From assembly GCF_963921235.1 (NCBI RefSeq), contig NC_086097.1:79238001-79302000 (forward strand): DNA of 64,000 nucleotides. The letters are read 5' to 3'. Below are positions 12,601 to 24,600 of the stretch, piece by piece (the first letter of the stretch is position 1; every line of letters begins with the position of its first letter). This DNA comes from Mobula hypostoma. Its lineage: Eukaryota. Made by a program: the position numbers and the translations under genes. The notes below the pieces were generated by a model that saw only the letters and a list, made by a program, of their open reading frames with translations, was not told the origin of the DNA and did not search any database.

Positions 12601-15600
12601 AAGCCATACTGACTATTCCTGATCATATTATGCCTCTCCAAATGTTCATAAATCCTGCCTCTCAGGATCTTCTCCATCAACTTGCCAGCCACTGAAGTAA
12701 GACTCACTGGGCTATAATTTCTTGGGCTATCCCTACTCCCTTTCTTGAATAAGGGAACAGTATCCGCAACCCTCCAATCTTCCGGAACCTCTCCCGTCCT
12801 CATTGATGATGCAAAGATCATCATCAGAGGCTCAGCAATCTCCTCCCTCGCTTCCCATGGTAGCCTGGGGTACATCCTGTCCGGTCCCGGTGACTTATTC
12901 AACTTGATGCTTTCCAATAGCTCCAGCACATCCTCTTTCTTAATATCTACGTGCTCAAGCTTTTCAGTCCGCTGCAAGACATCCCTACGATCGCCAAGAT
13001 CGTTTTCCGTAGTGAATACTGAAGCAAGGTATTCATTAAGTACCTCTTCTATCTCCTCTGGTTCCGTTCACACTTTTCCACTGTCACACTTGATTGGTTC
13101 TGTTCTCTTGTGTCTTATCCTGTTGCTCTTTACATACTTGTAGAATGCTTTGGGGTTTTCCTTAATCCTGTCTGCCAAGGCCTTCTCATGACCCCTTCTG
13201 GCTCTCCTAATTTCATTCTTAAGCTCCTTCCTGCTGGCCTTATAGCCTTCTAGATCTCTATCATTATCTAGTTTTTTTTTTAGCCTTTCATAAGCTCTTC
13301 TTTTCTCCTTGACTAGATTTACAACAGCCTTTGTACGCCACGATTCCTGTACCCTACCATCCTTTTCCTGTCTTGTTGGAACGTACCTATGCAGAACCCC
13401 ACGCAAATATCCCCTGAACATTTGTCACACTTCTTCCGTACGTTTCCCTGAGAACATCTGTTTCCAATTTATGCTTCTAATTTCCTGCCTGATAGCCTCA
13501 TATTTCCAATTAAACGTTTCCCTAACTTGTCTGTTCCTTTCCCTCTCCAAAGCTATGGTAAAGGAGATAGAATTGTGATCACTATCTCCAAAATACTCTC
13601 CCACTGAGAGACCTGACACCTGACCAGGTTCATTTCCCAATACCAGATCAAGTACAGCCTCTCCTCTGGTAGGTTTATTGAGATATTGTGTCAAGAAACC
13701 TTCCTAAGCACACCAAACAAACTTCAGCCCATCTAAACCCCTCACTCTAGGGAGATGACAATCAACATTTGGGAAATTAAAATCTCCCACCACAACAACC
13801 CTATTATTGTTACTCCTTTCCAGAATCTGCCTCCCTCTCTGCTCCTCGATGTCCCTGTTACTATTGGGTGGTCTATTAAAAAAAAACACCCAGTAGAGTT
13901 ATTGACCCCCTTCCTATTCCTAACTTCCACCCACAGAGACTCCGTAGACAATCCCTCCATGTCTTCCTCCGTTTCTGCAGCTGTGACACTATCTCTGATG
14001 AACAGTGCCATGTCCCCACCTCTTTTGCCTCCCTTCCTGGAACATCTAAAGCCTGGCACTTGAAGTAGCCATTCCTGCCCCTGCACCATCCAAGTCTCAG
14101 TAATGGCCACAACATCATAGCTCCAAGTGCTGATCCACGCTCTAAGCTCATCTGCTTTATGAGTATTATTCATAATACTCCTTGCATTAAAACCATCGGT
14201 CTGAGCACGTCCTTCTCTATCACCTGCCTATCCTCCCTTTTGTACTGTCTCCAAGCTATCTCTATTTGTGAGCCAACCTCCCTTTCCTCCGTCACTTCAG
14301 TTCCCACGCCCCCCCCCCAGCAATTCTAGTTTAAACTCTCCTCAATAGCCTTAGCAAACCTTGAGGATATTGGTCCCCTTGGGATTCAAGTGCAACCTGT
14401 CTTTTTTGTACAGGTCACACCTGCTCCAGAAGTGGTCCCAATGATCCAGAAATCTGAATCCCTGCCCCCTGCTCCAATCCCTCAGCCAGGCATTTATTCT
14501 CCACCTCACTCTATTCCTATACTCACTGTCACGTGGCACAGGTGGTAATCCCAAGATGACTACCTTTGAGGTCCTGCTTCTTAACTTCCTTCCTAACTCC
14601 CTGTAGTCTGTTTTCAGGTACTCCTCCTTTTTCCTGCCTATGTCGTTGGTACCAATATGTACCATGACCTCTGGCTGTTCTCCTTCCCACTTCAAGATAT
14701 TGCGGACGTTATCAGAAACATCCCGGACCCTGGCACCTGGGAGGCAAACTACCATCTGCATTTCTTTCCTGCATCCACAGAATCCCTGTCTGACCCCCTA
14801 ACTATAGAGTCCCCTATCACAGGTGCCTTCCTCTTCCTTTCCCTACCCTTCTGAGCCACAGGGCCAGAGTCTGTGTCAGAGGCGTGGCTACTGTTGCTTC
14901 CCCCAGATAGGCTGTCCCCCCCAACAGTACTCAGTACTTATTGTTAAGGGAGACAGCCACTGGGGCACTGGGAGTGCGAAGCGCAGAATCAGATATCACT
15001 GTGATGATTGTACATTCTAGTATCAATTGTTTGATGACAATAAAGTATAAAATACTCTCTAGCATCTGCTTCTTGCCCTTCCCTCTCCTGACTGTTACCC
15101 ACTTATCTGTCTCCTGAGGCCCCGGAGTGACTACCTGCCTATAGCTCCTCTCTATCACCTCCTCACTCTCCCTGACCAGACAAAGGTCATCAAGCTGCAG
15201 CTCCAGTTTGCTAACGTGATCATTTAAGAGTCAATCATGCAGGTCTGAAGTTGCACTTGGAGTGAGGTGGCAGGTTTCCTCTGCTGAAATATATTTGCAA
15301 ACCAGAGTAACACACACAAAATGCTGGAGGAATTTGGCAGGTGGGGCAGCATCGATGGAGAGGAATAAGGAGTCGTGTTTTGGGCTGAGATGCTTCAATA
15401 GGACTGGAAAGGAAAGGGGAGGAAGATTCTCTCCTCTCCCCATCTTCCTTTCTCATCCTGATGAAGGGTCTCAGCCCAAAGTATTAACTCTTTATTCCTG
15501 TCCATAGATGTTGCCTGACCTGTTGAATTCCTCCAGCATTTTATGTGTGTGTTATCTGAATCGCAAATGAGAAAATCTGCAGATGCTGGAAATCCAAGCA

Positions 15601-18600
15601 ACACACACACGTTACAGGAGGAACTCGGCAGGCCAGGCAGCATCTATGGAAAAAAAGTACACTGGACTTTTTGGGCCGAAACCCTTTGGCAGAACTGAAG
15701 AAAAACGGCTGAGGAGAAGATTTAAAAGGTGGGGGAGGGGAGAGAGAACCACCAGGTGATGGGTGAAACCTGGAGAGGGAGGGATGAAGTAAAGAGCTGG
15801 GAAGTAGATTGGTGGAAGAGACAGAAGGCCATGGAAGAAAGCAAAAGAGGGGAGGAGCACCAGAGGGAGGCAATGGATGGGCAAGGAGATAAGGTGAGAG
15901 AGGGAAAAGAGGATGAGGAATGGAGAAGGAAGGTGTGGTTGGGGGGCATTACTGGAAGTTTGAGAAATCGATGTTCATGCCATCAGGCTAGAGGCTACCC
16001 AAATGGAATATTAGGTGGTGTTCCTCCAACCTAAGTGTGGCTTCATTATGACAGTGGAGGAGGCTATGGATGGACATATTAGAATGGAAGAAAAAGAAGA
16101 AGAAGAATAGCCCTTAACTTGGCAGTGGAGTTATCGGGGCACTGTTATGACGGTGTTTCCATAGCAAGCTATTCTTATTTTTACAAGGCTGAGTTGCTAG
16201 CTCGACGCTCAACCCGACTTGGGTTCGAATTCAGGAACCTTCGCTCCGGAGTCTGGCGCTGATATTATCGCGCCACCAAGTGGGACATATTAGAATGGGA
16301 AGTGGAATTATAATGGGTGGCCACTGGGAGATCCCGATTGTTCTGGTGGATGGAGTGTAGGTGCTCGGTGAAGCAGTCTCCCTATCTGGGTTGGGTCTCC
16401 CCAATGTACAGGAGGCCACATTGGGAGCACTGAACACAGTATATGACCCACAGACTCGAGGGTGAAGTGTCATCTCACTTGGAAGGACTGTTTAGGGTCC
16501 TGAGTGGTAGTGAGGGAAGAGGTGTAGCACTTGTTCCACTTGCAAGGATAAGTGCCTGGAGGGAGATCAGTGTGGAGGGATGAATGGACAACTGAGTCGC
16601 GTAGGAAGCGATCCCTGCGGAAAGCAGAAAGTGGGGGTGGGAGGTGGAAAGAAAGATGTGCTTGGTGATGGGATCCCGTTGGAGGTAGTGCAAGTTCTGG
16701 TGAATTATGTGCTGGATGCGGAGGCTGGTGGGGTGGTAGGTGAGGACAAGAGGAACCCTGTCCCTGGCAGAAGGATGAGGTAAGAGCAGATGTGCGTGAA
16801 ATAGAAGAGATGCGGTTGAGGGTAGCGTTGATGGTGGAGGAAGGGAAGCCCCATTCTTTGAAAAAGGGGGACATCTCCTTCGTTCTAGACTGAGAGCGGA
16901 TGTGGCGAAGATGGAGGAATTGAAAAAAGGGGATGGCGTTTTTACAAGTAGCGGGGGTGGGATGAGGTGTTGTTTAGGTAGCTGTGAGGATCTGTGGGTT
17001 TGTAGCAGAAAGGAACAGCGTGTGCGTAAATGGATTTTAGGTGAGTAGGGGGTTGCACAGGTCCAGACCCACCCTCTCGACATCCCCTCCGGGATCCAGT
17101 GGCATGGTGGGGTCCAAGACAGCTGGGGAAGTTCTGTTGCAGTGAATGGCCAGACCAAGCTTTGATGCAAGGGATGTCCTTTCCGCGCTTCACGGCACGT
17201 GTTTGCTCGATGGCTGTTGACCCTACGAGAGGGTTCATCCACCCTTTGACAGGTCTTGTTTTTCGTCCTGCAGGGTGTCTAGCCACTCTCCTCTCCAGGC
17301 AAGCCTGGTGGGGGAGCTGGTTTAGTCGCCGACCATGCGACAGGTAGCACTGGGTTACATGGTACCGGTAGCACTCAGACTAGTGACCTGACCTTATCAG
17401 TGGATAAGCTGTCTCCGAAGGTAGAGACAGTGAGATTGAGAAAGGGGAGGGAGGTGTCAGAAATAGACCAGGTGAATTTGAGGGCAGGGTGGAAGTTTGT
17501 GTGTGTGTGTGTGTACTCTAGATTTCCAGATTTCTGCAGAAATGCTTGTGTTTATCATTAGTGAACTAGATAGACTTTTACAACAAACTGATAGCCTTGT
17601 GGCCATTACAACTGATGATGTGGTTAATTCCAGATTATTAACAGAGAGAATAACTGATTTCTCAATTCCTCTGTGTATACAGTTTAATCTTGATTAAATA
17701 AATCCCTGGCCACTCTTTGTGAATAGTATCAGGAGAGTTCTTTGTACCTTGTTATGCCTGCTCTTTGGAGTCTTACACTACCTAGTCTTTTGTGTCTCAG
17801 CTTTGTGGAAAGCTTTCTTATCATCTAAATTGTGCTTCTCAAACTTTATATATTTTTCATGTACTCCCTCCACCACCTCTGTCACAGGGAAAACAAGCTA
17901 ACTGTAATATTCTGTCCCAGGCAATCTGGCAATTTTCTTCTGCACCCTCTCCAGTGTAATCCTGCCTCCTATAGCGTGGCTCCTGGAACTGCACACAGTA
18001 TTCCAGCTGTGCATAACTAATATTTTAATATTGCTCCACGGTCTCTTCGCTTGTATACTTGGTGCCCTAGCTAATGAAAGCAAGCATCCTGTATGCCTTT
18101 ATCACCACCCTATCTACCCATGCTGTAAATTTTAGAGATGTTTAAAGAATAAATTCCCTTTGTTTATCAATACTGCCCATCATTCTTGTAATACCTTAAT
18201 TAAAATTCCCAAAATGCTTAGCAGGATTTAATTCCAGCAGCCATTGCCTTGCTCGGCTGAAAAACACCATTTTAAATTAAGTGTGATTTTAGCACTTGCC
18301 ATCTGTGCTCTGGTTGAAAATGGGAAATGTGATTTTTTGTGGTATTTTAAAAAAAAGCATTATGAAGTTGTAGTGTGAGTTTTGCAATGGATTCTAATGA
18401 AATAGTAATAGCAATATTGTACTTGTGCGTTGTTCCCTTTTCCTGTTTCTACAGGGCACAAACCATAATGAAAGCCCGGTTGAAAGGTGCGCAAACTGGT
18501 CGTAACTTACTGAAGAAAAAATCTGATGCACTTACACTCCGTTTCAGGCAAATCCTGAAAAAGATCATAGAGGTGAAACTGAAAAAATACCTTTGCAAGC

Positions 18601-21600
18601 TTCAATAAATGCATATTTATTGCTATTTTAGTGAAATTATTAGTATAATACACATGTTGATCAATAAGTGGCTGGATTGTCAGTTTCAAGCAGCTCATTT
18701 TCATGTATAACTAAGCAACAGGCTGTATAATCTGAAAACACTTTCTACATTTAAAAACAAAATAGCAACAGTAAATTTAAGTAACAGCTATGAAGTCTAA
18801 GGTGGCAGTGCCGTATGTTTAATTGTGGTTTTTCTTCTTCCAGACCAAGACCTTGATGGGTGAAGTAATGAGGGAGGCAGCTTTTTCTTTAGCTGAAGCA
18901 AAATTTACTGCTGGAGATTTCAGGTGAGACCATAATGAAAAAGTATTTTGCCAGCTGACTGGTTTAATCCTCATTGTGCAAATGTTTTTGCATCTAATTT
19001 TTGCCATTAATGTTGATTGCTAACCATGAATTGTTGAGTTATTTGTATTGGCTAACTGTAGAAGGAAGTGTTCATTGAATTAAAACCTCAGTGTCTAGAT
19101 TTAACAGTGATGACGAACAACTGTGATTCAGATTTTAGTATCCTTGCAAAACTTTTTCTGTGTGTCTGATGTAATAAGACTAATATTACAATTAATTTCT
19201 TGGTTCTTTTGTATTCAGTACTACTGTGATCCAGAATGTGAACAAGGCACAGGTCAAGGTCAGGGCCAAAAAGGATAATGTAGCAGGTATGTTTTCTTGA
19301 CACTGTTGTATTATGGTTGTCTTGACTAATGTGGCATTTTATACTTGCAATATCAGGTTTACACCCAGGTCACTGTAATTTTATGAAAATTAGTTGTTTT
19401 TGTAAACCTCTGCTGCTTTAGAAGCACCCACAATATTCTGCAGACTTAGAGAGAAGCATAAATGTCATGTCAGCAATTTTTCTGCAATGTCTCTATTTTG
19501 CTGTCATCTTCAACCTTAGTGAGAAGGGAGCTCTTCTTTCTTTACTTTGTTCAGTTGTTTGTTTCAAGACCAGGTCCAGATATTTTGCTACATTTGCTCT
19601 TCCATTTCTTCTTCTTCATCCGTGCTCTGTAAGAGATTCTCATTCTGCTGATCTGAACCACTAACTTTTTATGTGATGGAATGAATTCTGGCAATACGTC
19701 CAATTAGTGTACAAACTTTTAATATAGGGTAGTTCTAATTTGTTTCCATTTTCTTTCACAATGAAATATAAACTAATTGCATTTTATTGAAGAGAGCAGT
19801 TCTCAGTCTGGTGCTTCAATCTTGGAATTATTAAGTATAAGGTTTAAAAGAATGGGCAAACTTGTGCAGAATTAAATCTGTTAATTCTGCACAGTAAGTT
19901 TGTCGAATAGTGTCAACTTTTCTGACGTGCTAATTTAATATTTCAGACCGCAATATGGATTTTGTATTCTAGATGGTGTCAGATCTGATGTATTATAATT
20001 TGATTGTGACAAGCTCTGTCTGAAGTCTGCTCAGAATATTTGACATTTTGTTCTGAGCATACCATGCCACCTTGATTTATGATAGTAACTGGGCACATAA
20101 TAACTGCTGAAAACTAGAAGAAAAAAGTTTCTTTTCCCCACACTTTTGTTTCCTGATGTTGGTGACAGCTTATTTACTGACCATCCATGGTTACTTTGAT
20201 AATGGTAGCAAAGTGCAGGGATTTTGTTTGAATAATGATGTTTGGATGAGAATTAAAAGGATGTGCCAAAAAAGTAGTGATGTAAACCGTGTAAATTGTA
20301 ATTATTTTTGCTCCTTGCACAATATGAGGGAGAGGTGGTAGAGGGATTTCCAGGTAGGCTTCAAGTTATTGCAGTGGGTCCTGTTGATAGTGAATTGGAT
20401 TAGTGTTTTTTTTAAGTGGGTTGATTTTTGCAGGGATGAAAACGTGAGATGAGTACTTGCTTTCAGTCTTGTGTACTCATTATGATGAAAACATGTGCAT
20501 GTTTTATTATATTTGGAAATTCTGGAACTCCTACTTTAATTTCTCTTTTATTTTTGAAACCTTCTCGCCAATGGAGCAGTGGTCTCCATTTTTGTAAATG
20601 GATACAGTGACATTGAAGAAAGTGTTCTTTGACGACTAATGTACAAAATCATAGAAGTGCTAATGGTGTGGTGCACAACAGTTAGTTTTACAGCTCCAGA
20701 GATCTGGGTTTAAATCTGAAGTTAGGTGCTGACTGTGTGAATTCTTCCTGTGAACACATGGATCTCTTCTGAGTGTTTCCATCTCATTCTAAAGAAAGCT
20801 GTTAATATTGCTTACTGTTAACATTTCCCTTGGTGTAGATATATGGCAGGAGAATTAAAAAGGGAGGAGTTGCTGGCATGTGAGAAAAATCAATTTCAGG
20901 ACCATTGGGGAAATAAGATGAGGTGGAAAGGAACCAAATTGCTGCTGTTGGAGCTAGTATGAATGTAATGATCTGAATGGCCCTTAGGGCATGTTTGAGA
21001 TTGTACAGTAAAACTCTCATCTTGCTGACTTGGGGTTTTGACATAAACTTCTGGTAAGATGGTGACACATGCCATCATCAGTGGCCTCTCTTGGCCAACC
21101 AAAGGTGCTTTTTTTTCCCTTTGTAAACTATTTTAACGAGCCAAAGACAATACTCCAAGAACATCAGGTATTGCGGGGCTACTCCATCAGTGTGCTGCTT
21201 GTTGATCGGAGTATCTGGACTGGTGTCGGTGGTGGAGCTGGGTGAGATGTCAAAGGGGCTGACTCTGATGGAGAGAGAGACGGCTAAGGCCGGGATGGTG
21301 GAGAAGGAGCCAGCTGAGGTGTCAAAGGAACCTGCTGGGATGTCGGAGGAGCTGGATTGGGTATAGAGGAGCTAATTTGGCTGCAGACCCCTACTCGGAA
21401 GCATCGGAGTGGGTGCAGTGTAACCATGGGAGATTTTCAGACATTTCACTTGTGATCGCAAGAATCTATTGGACAGTGATAATGTAAGTTGCTGCAAGTC
21501 TACTACCCTTGTCTGGTGGTGGAACAGATGACATAGGAGCTGTGAAACCTTGGTTGTAGCAAGGACTAGGCCTCAAGCCTTGCAGACCAGGTGAGAGGCA

Positions 21601-24600
21601 TGGAAGTGTTTACAGAGTGGCATCTGAGCTCGGCTGGGGCCCGGCTTGCTCTGTTGGTGCTGACCTAAGGTCGAGGATGTTTCTGACTGGTTGCAAAATA
21701 TTCTCAAGGGGGAGGGTGAGAAGTCAGAGCTCATTGTGCACAAAACATAGGTGGGTAAAGGGCTGAGATCCTGTGGAGTAAGCAGCAGGAATTTGGGAAA
21801 GGGTGGAAAAAGCAGGACATTGAGGATAGTAATCACTTGATTACTCACTGTGCTAGTTGTGGCTGAAGGGTTGGTGCAGGGGACAGGGATGACCTGTACA
21901 AGAGAGATAAATTGCACTTGAACTAGAGGAGATTTAATATTTTGGTGGACGGATTTGCCACCATGGAGGGTTTAAACTAGATTGGTGGCGAGTGAGATCC
22001 AAAGCAGAAGCAGGAGGCTAGAAGTTTAGACAGAATTCACGACACCGAGGTCAGTAGATAAGACAGGCAGCAGAATGGCAGGAAGTGAGTGAAGACCATT
22101 GGGTTAAATTGCATTTATTTCAGTGTGGGGACCTGATGGGCTAGGATATTATAGGAATATGGCTGAGAGAAGGTTAGAACTGACAGCTAAATGTTCCAGC
22201 ATACAGTGGGATAGGAATAGAGGAAGGAAGAAGGAGAGTTGCATTTCTGATTAAGGAGGATGTCATGGGAGTAGTCCATCACAAAATTACAGAGGGATTG
22301 TCCAGGGAGGCTTTATGGCTGGAGTTGAAAAATAAAGCGATGATCATCTTGTTGGGATTGTACTATAGACCTGTTAATAGTCGATAGGAGTCAGAGAAAC
22401 AAATATGCAATGAGAATGCAGGAACATTCAAGAAAAATAGGGTTGTCATTGTAGGGAATCTTAACTTTCCTAACAGATTGGGACTGCCATAAGTGCTAAG
22501 CACTTAGATGGGGTGGAATTTGTGATGTGTGTACAGGAAAGTTTCCTTAGGCAATGTATAGAATGGCCTAATAGGGAAGGGCAAAGCTTGACCTGCTCTT
22601 GCAAAATGAAGGAAGACAGGTAACTGAGGTGTCAGTGGGGTAGGGGCAGTGATTGTAGTTCTATTAGTTTTTAATTGGTCATGGAAAGAGATAGATCTGG
22701 TCTACAAGTTAAAGTTCTAAATTGGGGTAAGGAAATTGTTTGAATATATTTGACAGAAACTTGCAAAAGTTAATCAGAATACCTTGTTTACAGGCACAGA
22801 GACTTCTGGTAGGTGGGGGACAAATTTGAGGATCTTGGTCCTTGAGACATTTAATAGGAACAATTTGGAGATGGTCTACATTTCAGGGGGTGAGGTACTG
22901 GATGCCTTAAAACATGGAAAGGTAGATAAATCTCCAGGGCCTAATCAGGTATATTCAAGAATACTGGGTAGCTAGAGAAAAATGACAGGACACCTGGCTG
23001 AGTTATTTGTTTGAAATAGGAGAAATGCTGGAAGACTTGAAGGTGGCTCATGTAGTGTCTTTATTTAAGAAAGGCTGTAAAGGGAGCAATAGGCAAGTAA
23101 GCCTAACACCTGTGGTAGGCAAGTTGCCAGAAGAGATTCTGAGGGATAAGATTTGTATGCATTTTGAAAGTTGGGTATTGATTAGGAATAGTTAGCACAG
23201 CTTTGCATGAAGAAAGTTGCAACAAGGTTGTTGAGGGCAGGGCATTAGACATGGTCTCTTTGGACTTGAGCAATGGAAAGTTAGATCACATGGAATCCAG
23301 AAAGAGGTAACTAATTAGATATACAATTGGTGATGGTAGGAAGCAGAGGGTGATTGTGGAAGGTTGTTTTTCTGACAGAAGGCACATAATTAGAGGTGTT
23401 CCCCAAGGGTTGGTGCTAGGCCCATTATTATAGGTAATCTACACCAAAGATTTGGATGAGAATGTACAAGGCACACTTAGTAAGTTTGCAGATGGCACTA
23501 AATGAGGTAGTGTCGTTGCCAATGAAATGGTTTACATTATTTAGAGGGATCTTAATCACCTGCGTCAGTGGGCTGAGAAATGTTAAGTGGCATTTAATTT
23601 GGATAAGGGTGTGGTGTTGACAAATGAAGGTAGAATGTTCACAGAGAATGTTAGGGAGTATTGTTAAACAGAGGGACCCAGGTATACAGTAAAATGGATG
23701 TTTCAGGTTGGTAAATAAGGTTTTAGTACACTGGTTTTCATCAGTAAGGGCTCTGAGTATAGAAGCTGGGATGTTATGTTGTAGTTGTGAAGGAGTTGGT
23801 GAAGTTACTTTGGAATATTGTTTAGTTTTGGTTGTCCTGCTATAGGAAATGTGCTATTAAGCTGGAAAAAGTGCAGAGGAGATTTGTGAAGATGTAGCTG
23901 GGACCTGAGGGCTGAGTAATAGAGATAGGTAGGGACTTTTTTTTTTGGAGGGTCGGAGAATGAGGGCTGATGTTATGGAGATGTACAAAATCTTGACAGC
24001 TGAAAGAAGGGATAGGAAAGGTTTAGAGGGATACGGGCTAAATGTGGGCAGATGAGACAAGCTGAGATGGGAATCTTTGTCAGCATGGAGCAGCTGGGCC
24101 AAAGGTCCAGTTTCTGTGCTATATGACTCCAACCAGGTAAGCTTAAATTAAATGTGGGAATCCATAACCAAAAAGTCAGCAGAAAGAGTGCAGTAAACAT
24201 CACATAATGAGGCAGATTCTTAACTGTGGGGTATCCAAATAAAAGGATAGCAGATCACCGGCACCGTACTGTAACAATCATGATGAACACTACATTCTTG
24301 TTTTGCTAACAAGTCTTTAAGATCATGATAGGAAGTAGAAAATGTTTTCACTGGTCTAGATTAAAATTAGGTGACATTAAAAATTCAGTTGGGAATTTTG
24401 TGTAATTGAAGGAAGTGCAAATAGCTGAGATTCACAGACCACCAAGGAGTAATTAAATCATGCAGTTGCCTTGTGCTGTGGATATGATGTAACCAGTATG
24501 CCCAGTTTGGTGATTTGATTCACATCCCTTTTCAATAAGGTAAGTGTGCTTGAGTAGTTTTCATGTTGGATAAATAGATTTGTGATGAGGACTGATATTT

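Larger units (their letters stand above)
15566..17552 (-). mobile_element. Penelope-like retroelement, 5'-truncated: RT C-terminus, GIY-YIG endonuclease, terminal repeat and inverted 5' terminal fragment
   Basis: The minus strand at ~16360-16450 reads [28 protein letters not shown] (GIY-YIG). [12 protein letters not shown] and [10 protein letters not shown] motifs are present. A hammerhead-like motif lies at ~15660-15696 and an inverted terminal fragment at 17497-17552. Confidence 0.88.

Noticed and set aside
16200..16282. tRNA-like A/B boxes
   Set aside because: No cloverleaf; this is the head of a TSD-flanked SINE, not a tRNA gene.
19972..20064. Second box C/D-like pattern with an atggtgt/ataccat terminal stem
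   Set aside because: Box C is non-canonical (CTGATGT) and no guide target was identified.
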